Notes: generated by a model from the letters alone, not told the origin. A DNA stretch of 64,000 nucleotides from Candidatus Bathyarchaeia archaeon (GCA_038883715.1 JAVZLS010000004.1:19144-83143), one strand, 5' to 3'; positions 29,957 through 41,600 are shown, counted from the stretch's first letter. Numbers and translations: made by a program.

Positions 29957-30805
29957 ATGGCGAAGATTCGGCTCCCAAGCCAAGCTGGAGCCTTCTACGC
30001 TGGAAAAGCCGAATCTTTGAAGAGGCAGATTGAAGAGTGCTTCCTACACGAGTTGGGACCGGGAACAATCCCAAAAGTTGTTGAAGGGCCGAGGCGCATA
30101 GTTGGTCTCGTATGCCCTCATGCTGGATATATGTACTCTGGACCCGTTGCAGCCCACGCCTATTATAATTTGGCTTCTGACGGTAAGCCAGACACTGTTG
30201 TGCTTTTTGGCCCAAACCATGCTCTTTATGGTAGCGCCTTAGCCGTGATGAATGAGGGTCTTTGGCGCACCCCGCTTGGCGATGTTGAGGTTGATGGGGA
30301 AACAGCCAATAAAATTGTTAGGGAAGCTCGCATAGTTGATGTTGATGATTCCGCCCACCGATATGAGCACTCCATTGAGGTGCAGCTTCCATTTCTGCAA
30401 TACCTTTTTGGCTCAGCGTTTAGAATTGTGCCCATATGCTTTTGGATGCAGGATTTGCACTCTGCAAGAGAGGTTGGGCAGGCTGTTGCAAGGGCTGTAG
30501 CTGGAAAAAACGCCTTAATTATAGCTTCTTCAGACATGACCCACTACGAGCCGCAAAAAGTGGCTGAAAAGAAGGATATGTTGGCTCTTAAAGCTGTTGA
30601 AGCGATGGACGAGGAACGCTTTTATTCCATAATCAAAGAGCAGCAAATTACCGCATGCGGTTATGGTCCCATAATCGCCCTCATCACGGCTGCAAAAGTT
30701 TTGGGGGCAAGAGAGGCAAAATTATTATGTTACAAGACCAGTGGAGATGTAACTGGCGACTACTCAGCCGTTGTTGGGTACGCCGCCGTGCAACTCACAA
30801 AATAG
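29957..30805 (+). CDS. MEMO1 family protein (AmmeMemoRadiSam B)
   Basis: PHAGYMYSG, GPNH, EHSIEVQLPFLQ, SSDMTHY, CGYGP. Confidence 0.95.
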   Translation: MAKIRLPSQAGAFYAGKAESLKRQIEECFLHELGPGTIPKVVEGPRRIVGLVCPHAGYMYSGPVAAHAYYNLASDGKPDTVVLFGPNHALYGSALAVMNEGLWRTPLGDVEVDGETANKIVREARIVDVDDSAHRYEHSIEVQLPFLQYLFGSAFRIVPICFWMQDLHSAREVGQAVARAVAGKNALIIASSDMTHYEPQKVAEKKDMLALKAVEAMDEERFYSIIKEQQITACGYGPIIALITAAKVLGAREAKLLCYKTSGDVTGDYSAVVGYAAVQLTK

Positions 30806-30814
30806 TGGTTTAGG

Positions 30815-31798
30815 ATGGGAGTTATCGCCTCGGCTCCCGCGAAAATAATACTTTTCGGAGAACACTTCGCCGTTTACGGTGAGCCCGCCATAGTCCTAGC
30901 CATAGATAAAAGAGCCTACGCAAAGGCGGAACTGCGCGAGGATAAGAGGCTTTTCTTGCGCTCTTTAAACCTAAACGTAGCCGGGTTTTTCGAAAATGGA
31001 AACTTTAGGGTTGAAGAGGGAAACCCTAAAGAGGCTAGAATAAAGCTTGAACCGCTTAAATGCGCAGTGGAAAAGGTTCTGGAGATTTCAGGCGAGAGGG
31101 TTGGCTTAAACATAGAGGTAAACTCAACGGTTCCCGTTGCCGCTGGTTTAGGTTCTTCAGCAGCTGTGGCTGCCGCCGTAGCGGCGGCTGTCGGCGCTCT
31201 GTTAAATGTGAGGATGTCGAAGGAGGATGTTTTCCGCATAGCCTACGAAGCTGAAAAGATAATGCATGGCACACCTTCAGGCGTTGACCCAGCAATATCA
31301 ACTTTTGGAGGGGCGCTGCTTTTCCAGATAGACACGGGATTTAAGCCTCTTGATGTTAGGGCGGATATACCGCTTGTTGTTGGCAATACTGGTGTTGAAA
31401 GGTCAACACGGAGCCAAGTTGCAAAAGTTCGAAGCTTGAGGGAACGTTATCCACAGATTGTTGAGCCCATGATGAGGGCTGCCCGTGAAATAGTTTTAAG
31501 AGCCATTGAAGCCCTAAAAGAAGGCGACTTGGAAACCATAGGGGAACTGATGGGCATAAACCATGCACTGCTTTATGGATTAGGGGTTTCAGACGAGTCT
31601 CTAGAGTGGCTTATTAACGCTGCTCGCAAGGCAGGTGCACTAGGCGCAAAACTGACTGGTGCGGGTGGCGGCGGATGCATGATAGCTCTTGCAAGCAAAG
31701 ATAGAGTTGAAAATGTTTTGGAGGCTGTGCAGAGGGCTGGAGGAAACGCTTTCATAGCGAGAAAAACGGATGAGGGAGTTAGAATTGAGCCAACCTAA
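30815..31798 (+). CDS. mvk: Mevalonate kinase
   Basis: APAKIILFGEH, PVAAGLGSSAA, HGTPSGVD, KLTGAGGGG. Confidence 0.96.
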   Translation: MGVIASAPAKIILFGEHFAVYGEPAIVLAIDKRAYAKAELREDKRLFLRSLNLNVAGFFENGNFRVEEGNPKEARIKLEPLKCAVEKVLEISGERVGLNIEVNSTVPVAAGLGSSAAVAAAVAAAVGALLNVRMSKEDVFRIAYEAEKIMHGTPSGVDPAISTFGGALLFQIDTGFKPLDVRADIPLVVGNTGVERSTRSQVAKVRSLRERYPQIVEPMMRAAREIVLRAIEALKEGDLETIGELMGINHALLYGLGVSDESLEWLINAARKAGALGAKLTGAGGGGCMIALASKDRVENVLEAVQRAGGNAFIARKTDEGVRIEPT

Positions 31799-32585
31799 AC
31801 CAACAGTTCTGAAAATTGGCGGCTCTGTCATAACCGACAAAAGCAAAGAGCTTGGCGTTCAAATGGAAGCCATAAGCCGAATAGCAGACGAAATACTTGA
31901 AGCAAACATTAAAAGCCTAATAATTGTGCATGGCGGTGGAAGTTTTGGGCACCCAGTGGCGCAAAAACACGCCATAAAAGAGGGCTTTAAAGAGGAGTCT
32001 CAGATAATAGGGTTTGCGGAAACTCACCATGTTATGACAGTGCTTAATGGACTTTTTATGGACTCCTTGATATGGCGGGGCATTCCAGCAGTAAGCATCA
32101 CACCCTCCTCATGTATAATGACGCAGAATGGCAGAATAACGTATTTTGAAGATTCTCCCCTCAAGCAGCTTATGAAAATGGGCTTTATTCCAGTTCTCTA
32201 CGGAGATGCCGTCTTTGACACAAAGTTAGGCTTTACAATATTGTCCGGAGACCAGCTTGTCGCGTTCTTAGCCATGCGGTTCAACGCAAAAAATATCGTG
32301 ATCGGCGTTGATGTGGACGGATTATATGACGCTGACCCGAAGACCAACGCGAAAGCCAAAATGTTCAACCGTTTAACTTTAGCGGAGCTTAAAAATGTTC
32401 AGAAACTTTTGGGCGGGTCAAACGCTTATGACGTAACTGGTGGGATGGCAAATAAAATTGCTGAACTTATTCCCGCCATTGAGCGTGGAATTCCAGTTTT
32501 AATGGTTAATGCTACAAAGCCCAAATATATCTATAAAGCCCTAAAGGGAGAACAGGTTAAGGGCACACTTATAGAGAAGGAATAA
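31770..32585 (+). CDS. ipk: Isopentenyl phosphate kinase
   Basis: LKIGGSVIT, VHGGGSFGH, SGDQ, DVTGGM. Confidence 0.94.
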   Translation: MRELELSQPKPTVLKIGGSVITDKSKELGVQMEAISRIADEILEANIKSLIIVHGGGSFGHPVAQKHAIKEGFKEESQIIGFAETHHVMTVLNGLFMDSLIWRGIPAVSITPSSCIMTQNGRITYFEDSPLKQLMKMGFIPVLYGDAVFDTKLGFTILSGDQLVAFLAMRFNAKNIVIGVDVDGLYDADPKTNAKAKMFNRLTLAELKNVQKLLGGSNAYDVTGGMANKIAELIPAIERGIPVLMVNATKPKYIYKALKGEQVKGTLIEKE

Positions 32586-32588
32586 AGT

Positions 32589-33686
32589 TTGGCTGAAAAA
32601 ACTAGAAAGCGTAAAGCAGACCACATCCGCATAGCCACAACCTACAATGTCCAAGCAAAAAACATCACGACGGGATTTGAAGACGTGTACTTTGTTCACA
32701 GAGCCTTACCAGAGGTTGACAAGGACAAGATAAATCTTTCAACAACGGTTTTTAACCACAAGTTTTCCGCGCCAATAATAGTCAGCGCCATAACCGGCGG
32801 AACAAGCGAAGCTAGAAAAATTAACGCTACAATAGCCACTGTTGTTGAGGAATTCGGGCTGGGAATGGGTGTTGGGAGCCAAAGGGCTGCATTAGAAGAC
32901 CGAAGGCTTGAGAAAACCTTCGCAATAGTTAGGAAAAAAGCGCCCACAGCCTTCCTAATGGCGAACATTGGTGGAATACAACTCGCCAAAGGCTACAATA
33001 TAAAAGAGGCAAAGAAAGCCATAGAAATGATAGACGCTGATGCCCTAGCCATACATTTAAACCCTCTTCAAGAGGCTGTGCAGCCAGAAGGCGAAACAAG
33101 CTTTAAGGGAGTGCTTGAAAAGATAGGTGAAATTGCCAAAGAGCTGGACAAACCAGTAATTGTGAAAGAAACCGGAGCGGGTATAGCCGCGGAGGAAGTG
33201 AAAAAGCTTGAGGCTGCTGGTGTAAAAGGTATTGATGTGAGTGGTGCTGGTGGCACAAGCTTTGCCGCAGTAGAGTATTTTCGTGCAAAAGGTAGGAGAA
33301 ACGCTTACAATCGCAGATTAGGCGAAGTTTTTTGGGATTGGGGGATACCAACAGCAATAAGCATAGTTGAAGTTGCACAGACCGTCAGCATCCCAGTTGT
33401 AGCCTCTGGTGGAGTGCGCAGCGGATTGGATGCAGCTAAAGCCCTAGCCTTGGGGGCAAGCCTTACGGCTCTGGCACAACCAGTTTTGCAGGCTGCTGTT
33501 GAAGGCATTAGGCAAACAAGAAAAATGTTGCGCACATTGATAGAAGAGCTTAGGAACACCATGTTTCTTGTCGGAGCTGAAAATACTCAGCAGCTACATA
33601 AAGTGCCCCTTGTAATTGTCGGGAAAACGGCTGAATGGCTTAGGTTAAGGGGCTTTGACATAGAAGTTTATGCAAGAAGAGGGTGA
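32589..33686 (+). CDS. fni: Type 2 isopentenyl-diphosphate isomerase
   Basis: RKADHI, GVGSQR, HLNPLQE, KETGAG, GAGGTS. Confidence 0.96.
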   Translation: MAEKTRKRKADHIRIATTYNVQAKNITTGFEDVYFVHRALPEVDKDKINLSTTVFNHKFSAPIIVSAITGGTSEARKINATIATVVEEFGLGMGVGSQRAALEDRRLEKTFAIVRKKAPTAFLMANIGGIQLAKGYNIKEAKKAIEMIDADALAIHLNPLQEAVQPEGETSFKGVLEKIGEIAKELDKPVIVKETGAGIAAEEVKKLEAAGVKGIDVSGAGGTSFAAVEYFRAKGRRNAYNRRLGEVFWDWGIPTAISIVEVAQTVSIPVVASGGVRSGLDAAKALALGASLTALAQPVLQAAVEGIRQTRKMLRTLIEELRNTMFLVGAENTQQLHKVPLVIVGKTAEWLRLRGFDIEVYARRG

Positions 33687-33695
33687 GGGTTAACC

Positions 33696-34772
33696 TTGAG
33701 TTTTGACATAGAAAAGCTTCTTGAAGAAAAGGCAGCCATCATAAATAAGGCTATTGAGAAGTATATACCAAGAATCTTTTCAAAGGAAGCTATCATCTTT
33801 AAAATCAGCCCGCCAAGATACGCGTACAACATCGAGGCAATAAACAAGGCTGTGGCTGAACCAATTTGGGAATTTCTAGACAGAGGCGGAAAAAGGTGGC
33901 GTCCAACCCTCTTCCTACTTATATGTGAGGCTTTAGGCAAAAATCCTGAAGACTATGTGGATTATGCCATAATCCCCGAAGTTGTGCACAACGGAACCCT
34001 AATGATAGACGACATTGAAGATTCCTCCGAATTCCGCAGAGGTAAGCCATGCACATACAAAATTTACGGTTTGGACATAGCCATAAATGCTGGAAACACC
34101 ATGTACTACCTCCCGCTTTTGCCATTAATGGAAAACCGTGAGAAGCTAGGCTCCGAAAAGCTTTCGAGAATTTATGAGATTTACGTGCAAGAGATGATAA
34201 ACCTCAGTCTAGGACAAGCTATGGACATAGCTTGGCACAAGGGCTTGGCGAATGCCGACCAGTTAAAAGAAGAAGACTATTTGCAAATGTGCGTCTACAA
34301 GACTGGAACTTTGGCAAGGATGGCTGCCAAAATCGCCGCTGTGGTGGCTGACGCCTCTGATGAGATTGTTGAGAAGCTTGGGCACTTTGCGGAAAGCATA
34401 GGGGTTGCCTTCCAAATACAAGATGATGTGCTGGATTTGACCGGAGAGGAGTTTGCCGAGAAAAAGGGTGGAAGAGGACAGGACATAACAGAGGGAAAAC
34501 GCACCCTCATCGTGATTCATACGTTAAAGGTGGCAAACACCAAGGACAGAAAGAGGCTAATTGAGATTTTAAGGATGCATACTTCAGACCAGAAGTTGAG
34601 GGATGAGGCAATATCGATAATGCAAAAGTATGGCTCAATTGAATATGCGAAAAACTTTGCGAGAAAAATTGTTGAGGAAAGCTGGAGAGAAGCAGAAGAA
34701 CTTCTTCCAGAGTCGGAGGCGAAGGAAAAGTTAAACGCTTTTGCAAGATTCCTTATTGAGAGAAAGATTTGA
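33696..34772 (+). CDS. Geranylgeranyl diphosphate/polyprenyl synthase
   Basis: GGKRWRP, DDIED..RRG, YKT, FQIQDD. Confidence 0.94.
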   Translation: MSFDIEKLLEEKAAIINKAIEKYIPRIFSKEAIIFKISPPRYAYNIEAINKAVAEPIWEFLDRGGKRWRPTLFLLICEALGKNPEDYVDYAIIPEVVHNGTLMIDDIEDSSEFRRGKPCTYKIYGLDIAINAGNTMYYLPLLPLMENREKLGSEKLSRIYEIYVQEMINLSLGQAMDIAWHKGLANADQLKEEDYLQMCVYKTGTLARMAAKIAAVVADASDEIVEKLGHFAESIGVAFQIQDDVLDLTGEEFAEKKGGRGQDITEGKRTLIVIHTLKVANTKDRKRLIEILRMHTSDQKLRDEAISIMQKYGSIEYAKNFARKIVEESWREAEELLPESEAKEKLNAFARFLIERKI

Positions 34773-34788
34773 AGCGCCGTGTTAAGCC

Positions 34789-36546
34789 TTGAGCGAAATT
34801 AGAGAAGACAGAGAACTAAGGGAGACTATTCGAAAGTTTGCGCTATTAAACGCTGTAAAGCATAATGGAAAAGCCCAGACAGGCCCGGTTGTAGGAAAGG
34901 TTTTAGCTGAAAGGCCAAAACTGCGGACTAAGGCAAGGGAGCTAACCGCCCTAGTAAAAGAGGTTGTTGATGAGGTCAACAGTCTCTCGTTAAGCGAACA
35001 GATACGCATTGTTGAGGAGAGGTGGCCGGAAACCCTCGCAAAAGAAAAGGTTGAAGAGGAGAAGAAGCTTCCCCCATTGCCAAACGCTGACAAGTACCAA
35101 GAAATTGTAACACGCTTCTCGCCAAACCCTGACTGCGTTCTGCACTTGGGCTCTGCCAGAGCCATAGTGCTTTGTTACGAGTATGCCCGCATGTATAATG
35201 GCAAGTTCATTTTACGCTTTGAGGATACAGACCCCAAACTGAAAAGGCCAGTTCTGGAGTTTTACGACCGAATTAGGGAAGACTTAGAATGGTTGGGGTG
35301 TAAACCTGATGAGGAGTATATTCAAAGCGACAGAGTCCCCATTTACTATGAATATGCGAAAAAGCTGCTGGAGGACGGAAACGCCTACGTTTGCACATGC
35401 CAACCACAAGCCTTCAGAGAAAAAGTGCTAGCCCAGAAGCCTTGCCCATGCCGCGACTTACCGCCAGAGGAGCATCTTGAAAGATGGGACCGCATGCTTG
35501 AAGGCAAATATAAAGAAGGCGAAGCAGTGGTGCGTGTTAAGACGGATTTGGAGCATCCAAACCCAGCCGTCAGAGATTGGCCGGCCCTCCGCGTAATAGA
35601 CATCGAACAATATCCACATCCAAGGGTTGGAACAAAATATCGTGTCTGGCCCCTCTACAATTTTGCATGTGGATTAGACGACCATTTGATGGGTGTAACC
35701 CACATAATTCGTGGCAAAGAACACTTAACAAACATGGTCCGGCAAGAGTACATGTATAGGCATCTGGGCTGGTGTTATCCAGAGGCAATCCACTACGGCA
35801 GACTGAAGATTAAGGGTGCACATCTAAGCAAGTCAAAAATCGTTCAAGGAATAAGGGAAGGCCTATACAAGGGATGGGATGATCCTAGGCTAGCAACTTT
35901 TGCAGCCTTGAAAAGGCGTGGAATAACCCCCGCAGCCATTAAGAAGCTCATAATTGATGTAGGTCCGAAAACTTCCGATGTTGTTTTAAGCTGGGAGAAT
36001 CTTTACGCTTATAATCGCAAAATCCTAGATCCAAAAGTTAACAGGTACTTTTTTGTACCAAATCCAGTTCAGCTTTTAGTTAGGGATATCCCGCGAGCAT
36101 TTACGGTTAAGCTTCGTCTACATCCGGAATATCCAGAAAGGGGCTTTAAAGAATATGTAATAAAGCCCTCTGGGGCTGATGGCGAGGCTCTGTTTTGGAT
36201 TTCAAGGATGGATTTGAAGGTTTTGGCTGTGGGAAGGATTGTTCGGCTCATGGAGTTGTTCAACATAAAGATTGAGCGGGTTGAAGCCTACTCTGTTGAG
36301 GCTGCTTTTAAGAGCGAGTCCTATGAAGAGGCTAGGAAGGCTGAAGCTCCTCTAATTCATTGGGTGCCAATAGGGATGGACATGCCTTGCCAAGTTATAA
36401 TGCCAGACGCCACTATAACCGAGGGAATAGCCGAAAAAGCATGCAAAGACTTAAAGCCAAATGAAATAGTGCAGTTTGAAAGATTCGGCTTCGTGAGAAT
36501 AGACACCGTTAACGCTAAAATTACGGCTTATTATGCACATAAGTAG
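34789..36546 (+). CDS. gltX: Glutamate--tRNA ligase
   Basis: RFSPNP..LHLG, RFEDTDP, IRGKEH, LSKS. Confidence 0.97.
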   Translation: MSEIREDRELRETIRKFALLNAVKHNGKAQTGPVVGKVLAERPKLRTKARELTALVKEVVDEVNSLSLSEQIRIVEERWPETLAKEKVEEEKKLPPLPNADKYQEIVTRFSPNPDCVLHLGSARAIVLCYEYARMYNGKFILRFEDTDPKLKRPVLEFYDRIREDLEWLGCKPDEEYIQSDRVPIYYEYAKKLLEDGNAYVCTCQPQAFREKVLAQKPCPCRDLPPEEHLERWDRMLEGKYKEGEAVVRVKTDLEHPNPAVRDWPALRVIDIEQYPHPRVGTKYRVWPLYNFACGLDDHLMGVTHIIRGKEHLTNMVRQEYMYRHLGWCYPEAIHYGRLKIKGAHLSKSKIVQGIREGLYKGWDDPRLATFAALKRRGITPAAIKKLIIDVGPKTSDVVLSWENLYAYNRKILDPKVNRYFFVPNPVQLLVRDIPRAFTVKLRLHPEYPERGFKEYVIKPSGADGEALFWISRMDLKVLAVGRIVRLMELFNIKIERVEAYSVEAAFKSESYEEARKAEAPLIHWVPIGMDMPCQVIMPDATITEGIAEKACKDLKPNEIVQFERFGFVRIDTVNAKITAYYAHK

Positions 36547-36555
36547 GGATGTTAG

Positions 36556-36864
36556 ATGCGTAAACAGAATAAGGTTATTTTGTGGCCAGCATACTTTGAT
36601 TCGACAAAAACCAGAGGAGAAGGAAGAAAAATATCGAAGAGCTTGGCTGTGCCTTCTCCCAAAATCACGGAACTTAAGGAAGCAGCGGAAAAGCTTGGTT
36701 TAGAATGTGAACTTGTGGTGGATGTGAGTTATCCGAAGACTCCTTGGCTTAAAACTGGCATGCTATTGGTAGCCAAAAAGGAAGCTAAAAATCAGTTGCT
36801 TAAGAAAATTGCAAGACAGCTGCAGAAAAATCGCGGTTCCGCGGTTACGGCGAAATCTGCTTAG
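36556..36864 (+). CDS. srp19: Signal recognition particle protein SRP19
   Basis: ILWPAYFDS..TRGEGRKI...AV, YPKTPW. Confidence 0.93.
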   Translation: MRKQNKVILWPAYFDSTKTRGEGRKISKSLAVPSPKITELKEAAEKLGLECELVVDVSYPKTPWLKTGMLLVAKKEAKNQLLKKIARQLQKNRGSAVTAKSA

Positions 36865-36869
36865 GCTGG

Positions 36870-37268
36870 TTAGCTTGCCTCTTCTTCGCCTATTAAAACA
36901 GCGTTTATTACGCCGTTTTGACCCGGTCTGGATGTTACCTGTGCCAAGCCAAGTGGTGTCTCTATTATGGCGCCCTTTGTTATTACGCCTCTTCTGTCGT
37001 AGTCAACGTTCGCCGGGTTTTTAACAACTCGTAGAATTTCGGCCTTTTCTGTTTTTCCAGTTTTTGGGTCTGTTACGCAAGCGTATTTTTCGCTTAAAAC
37101 TTTCACTTTGATGTTGCCGCCCCTTCCCCGTTCAACCTTTCTTTTGGGTTCGCCTAAAACTGTTTCCACTGGGAATGAGCCTTGTTCAAATTTTCTTTTC
37201 CCACGGTATGGTCGCCTTTTTCCTCCTGTTGGTTTTCTCTTGTGTAAGTCGCCGTGCCAAACTGACAT
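36870..37268 (-). CDS. rps8e: 30S ribosomal protein S8e
   Basis: RKPTGG, NPAN, ITKGAII, VTSRPGQ.G. Confidence 0.97.
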   Translation of the reverse strand: MSVWHGDLHKRKPTGGKRRPYRGKRKFEQGSFPVETVLGEPKRKVERGRGGNIKVKVLSEKYACVTDPKTGKTEKAEILRVVKNPANVDYDRRGVITKGAIIETPLGLAQVTSRPGQNGVINAVLIGEEEAS

Positions 37269-37353
37269 TTTTAATCCTCTTCTTACTGCTAACGCTTTAC
37301 GGGCTTGTTCACTATCACGTTAATTTGCATATAAACCTATCCGTTTAAAAATG

Positions 37354-37980
37354 CTAAACGTTTAAAGTTGATGTTTGAGTGGTCTCTTCCGAAGCTTTTT
37401 CTCCTTCCAAAATTCTTTTCAGCTCTCTTTTCATGGTTGGAATGTCGTGACTTAGACCAAAATAGTCTGCAAAGTAATCAGTCGTCCTTAAAATGGAGGC
37501 ACGCCCTTTACGTTCCACGGTGACTAAGCCCATTTCCTTTAGCAGTTTAATATGTCCATAGGCGTGGTGTCCCCGAACCTCAACAACCCGCTTCTGAGAG
37601 ACTGGCTGTCTCAAAGCTATGTAGGAAAGCGTCTTTAACGGACCGGTGGAGAGCAGCGGCCTCTTAACAAGTTTTCGGACATAAGGTGTAAATTCTGCTT
37701 TGAGTTGTAAAACGAATCTCTCATCCTTTAGTTCGAGAATCTCTAGGGCTGTGTCCCTTTTTGCATATTCTTGCATCAACATTTTTACAAGCCGCTTAGC
37801 CTTATTTTTCGAGCGGGTTTTTAAAACTGAGCATATCTCTGAGAGATCTAGGGGGCGACCAGCAACATACAGCGCAGCCTCAACTAACGCAAGGCCGCTG
37901 AGAGCCTTTTCCCGTGCGGTTTGCGGGGTTATCTCTGTGTCATCGGGTTGGGCTTCCATTTGCAGCATCTGGTCCTCCAA
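37354..37980 (-). CDS. scpB: Segregation/condensation protein ScpB (KITE)
   Basis: VEAALYVAGRPL, LKTLSYIALRQP, RG, TT..F.DYFGL; exact start uncertain. Confidence 0.93.
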   Translation of the reverse strand: MEDQMLQMEAQPDDTEITPQTAREKALSGLALVEAALYVAGRPLDLSEICSVLKTRSKNKAKRLVKMLMQEYAKRDTALEILELKDERFVLQLKAEFTPYVRKLVKRPLLSTGPLKTLSYIALRQPVSQKRVVEVRGHHAYGHIKLLKEMGLVTVERKGRASILRTTDYFADYFGLSHDIPTMKRELKRILEGEKASEETTQTSTLNV

Positions 37981-38635
37981 TTGTGATGTATATTTCTTCT
38001 GTTTCTTCGTCTTGCCAGAGGCTTACTTTCCCCTCCTGAGCCAAGAAAAGCAGGATAATGAATGTACGTATGGCTTCAAGGCGCGCCATTCCCCTAATTA
38101 TGGTTGAAAACTGAATTATTCCAGAGCCCTTCACCATTTCGGAGAGGGACTTGTAGAGTCTTTCCATTTGAAGTTCAATTTCCATGAGGTAATAGTCTAT
38201 TTGTGGGAAGATTTCAGAGGGTGTTGGCAGAATAGGTTCGGCTGGGGTTTTTTCTAGGCGGAAGAGTGCCTCCCCTTTTAGAACGTCGTCTAATACTTCT
38301 AGTAAGTGGCGTATGGTTGTTGATGTTAGCTCGTGTCTTAGCGGCAGAAGAAGCGGTGGTGGGATAAAGTCTAATGGTGGTTTTGGCGGTGGTGGTGGCT
38401 CCTCAAGTTTTAGGAGAAGCTTTGACTTCATTAGATATATGAGGGCTGAAGAGTCTAAGGCTACGCCTGAAGCCCTAAAATCAATCTGTCCGGTTTTCTC
38501 CATCTCTTCTAGGAAAGTTGTTAACAGATAAGCTATGTTTATGTTCCATGGGGTTAACTTTTCAAGTTTGTGGAACTCGAAAAGGATGTTCCATGGCGGA
38601 TGAAGGTAGAAGGGCTTTTTGATGGTTGCTGCCAT
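37940..38635 (-). CDS. scpA: Kleisin ScpA
   Basis: PWNINI...A.LIYLMKSKLLL N-terminal helix, C-terminal TFIILLFLAQEGKVSLWQ winged helix; lies between smc and scpB. Confidence 0.88.
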   Translation of the reverse strand: MAATIKKPFYLHPPWNILFEFHKLEKLTPWNINIAYLLTTFLEEMEKTGQIDFRASGVALDSSALIYLMKSKLLLKLEEPPPPPKPPLDFIPPPLLLPLRHELTSTTIRHLLEVLDDVLKGEALFRLEKTPAEPILPTPSEIFPQIDYYLMEIELQMERLYKSLSEMVKGSGIIQFSTIIRGMARLEAIRTFIILLFLAQEGKVSLWQDEETEEIYITIGGPDAANGSPTR

Positions 38636-38636
38636 T

Positions 38637-41600
38637 CTAACTTGGCACCTCTAGGAACTTGGCTGAAACAACATATGAGACGCCGTTCCGCCCGTAAACC
38701 CCATAGACCTTTTGAGCTTTGTTAACCATTTCAGGCTTTAACGTAATAACAATAAATTGGGCTTTCTCGGACTCCTCCAGCAAGACGTCAGCAAGTCTTG
38801 ACACGTGGAAAGCGTCTAGGTGTGCGTCAATCTCGTCAAGTATGTAGAAGGATGCTGGTGTGAAGTCTTTTATGGCGAAGAGGAAGGCTACGGCTGCCAC
38901 TGAACGTTCACCACCGCTGGCACCGCTGACCACGATGGACGGCTTGTTGGGAAACTGGACGATCATGTCTATGCCACCGGAGAAGGGCTCTTCTGGATTC
39001 TCCAAAATTAGGTTGGCTGTCCCACTGCCGGTAAGTTTGGAGAAGTATTTTTGCATGTTTTGGTTTATTTTTTCAAAGGCTTCCATGAACACCTTATGCT
39101 TTTTGCTTTCAATTTCCTCCATAAACTTTAGGATGACTTGCTTCTCCCTTTCCAACTCATTCATCCTCAAAGAGAGCTCTTTGTAGCGGGAGATTTGCTC
39201 CGCATAGTGGGAAAGCGCAAGCTGGTTGACACCGCTTATCCTTTCAAGTTCAAATTGGAGCATCTGCAAGGAAGCAGAAGCCTCCTCAACCTCTCTTGCT
39301 GTAACTTCTAAGGGTTTTTCATAGCCAAACTGTCTGAGCTGGTTCCGCCACTGTTCCAATTGTATAATGGATGTTTGGATGTTCAGCTGGTACTGGTTCA
39401 GCAATCGGTCTGTTTCCTCATATTCAGCTTCGATGTTGCGGAGTTCCTTGTCTATTTCGTCTATTTGGTTTGAGAATTTTTGAGCCTCTTCCTTTGCTGA
39501 CAAAACAGTTTTTGAGAGTTCAATGCGGCTTTTCTCCAGTTCAGCCAACTCTTGCTTTAGTTTTTCTCTCTCTTGGAGCGCCTCTTCAACTTCACTTTCG
39601 ACTTTCCGCAGTTGCTGTTCAACCTTTGCCAGCTGGATTTTAGCATTTTTGTAGCCCACTCTTAAAACATTGTCAAACTGTGACTGAAGTGTTGAAATTT
39701 CTGTTTGGACGGCTCCAAGCTTCTGCCTTAAAGTGTTTATTTCCTCCGCCAGTTTTTCACGTTTAACTTCCATTTCTTGGATGTTTGCGGGGTCGACCTT
39801 CCGCCTTAGGCTCGCTAACTCGCTTTGTAGTTTGCGTATTTCCTTTTGCAGTGTGCTTCTTTCAGCTCTATAAGTCCATATTTTTGCCTTTTCAGCCTCA
39901 ATCTCGCCTTCAATGCGCTTTATGTTGGACTCTATTCTTCTGACGTTTGACTTTGTTCTTTTTATGCTTCTTTTTACGCGGGAGATTTCCCTATCAAGTG
40001 TTGTTATGGCTTCGGACAAGCGGGCAATTTCAACTCTGGTTCTGTCTATTTCCTCCTCAAGAGTTGCTATGTCACTTCCACGTCTGGAAAGGTGTTGCTG
40101 TAAAGCTCTAACAGCCTCATCTAGGCTTTTTATCGCTGCCTCGCTTGGTATTATTGCTGAAAAGTCTATGGGTGCACGATAATAACCACTTTCTAAAGCG
40201 CCGCCAGGCTCGTATAAGTCGCCGTTCACCGTGACTACACGGTAGCCTTTGCTGGAAAGCTCGAAGGCGGTTTTGTCTTCTGGAACAATAAGAGTATCGC
40301 CGAAAACGAAGTAAACGGCAGGCTCATATTGTTTAGCGCATTTTACAAAGGAGAAGGCCGCACCACTAATGTTTCCGCCTTCTGGGACCTTCACCGGCTT
40401 TGTGGTTGAAACTGCTTCCAGCGGGATTATCTTTATCCTTCCAAGCTTCATTCTGCGAAGGGTTTCCGTGCATGTAAAAGCCGCGTCGAAGTCCTTAACA
40501 ACTAGGGCGTCCAGCCATCCTCCCGCTGCAACCTCAATCGCTTGTTGGTAAGCCTTATCAATTTTTATTAGGTTGCGCAGTCGCCCGTAGACGCCTTGAA
40601 TGACGCCTAATTCGCCAAGCTCTTCTATGCTTTTTAGGGCTTTTTCTTCTGCGGCAACTGTTTCAGCAAGTTCCCTTTGTGTGGCAAACTCCACAACGGC
40701 TTCGCGGGCTGATTCAGCTATTTTTCCAGCTTCAGCTATTTCTCGTTCTATGGCTTCTTTTTGGGCTATGCGGCGTTCTAGCATACGCTCCAAATTTTTG
40801 AGCTGTGTTTTCTGTTCTTTCTGGACTTTTATTAGCTCTGCGAGGGATTTTCCGAGTTCGCTGAGGGTTGTGGCGAATCTTTCTTTCCGCTCGCTCAGGT
40901 CTCTAAGTCTTCTTTCGCGGATTTTGATGGCTGTTTGGCTTTTAGCATGTTCAGACCTTAAGAATGCTAGCCGCTTATAGTCTCTGTCGAGTTGAAGTTC
41001 TATTTCGCGGATTTTCTTGCTGTTTTCGCCTATGCTCTCCCAAAGTTGGGCAGCTTCCTGTGCAAGGGCATCGTGTTCTGCTTGTTTAGTGTTGATTTGG
41101 CTTATTATGCGTTCATATTCACTTCTTAACTTCCTAATTTTGAGTCTGTTTTCGCGGATTTCGTTCCTTATGGACTGGTATTGTTGGAGGCTGTTCTCCC
41201 TAACCCTTTTTAGTCCTTCTAGGCTTGTTTTTCCAGAGCTTATTTTTGTGGCTAGTTCTGTAAGCTTTGATTTCAGCTCACCTATTTTCATTTGAACCCT
41301 AAAAACCTGAGAACCGCCTTCTTCGACTATTTCTGAGCTTAGTTTTCGCCATTCGCCTTCTATTTCTCTTCGCTTCTGTCTGTACTGGTCTCTGAGCGTC
41401 CTAATCTTTTCCAGTCTGCTTTTAATCTTCTCGGCTTGAATGGAGTCCCGTTTAATCTTTTCTTGTATTTGTGCGATGTCGTGGGAGAGCTTGACAGCCT
41501 CAAACTTTTTAATCTCATTTTTAAGGAAGTTGTACCGCAATAGTTCGTTGCGTTCCCTTTCTAAGTCTTCAACCCGTCTTTGCACCTCTTCTATTCTTCC

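Noticed and set aside
36546-37353. SRP RNA or tRNA near srp19/rps8e
   Set aside because: No room, and no GC-rich structured sequence or cloverleaf seen
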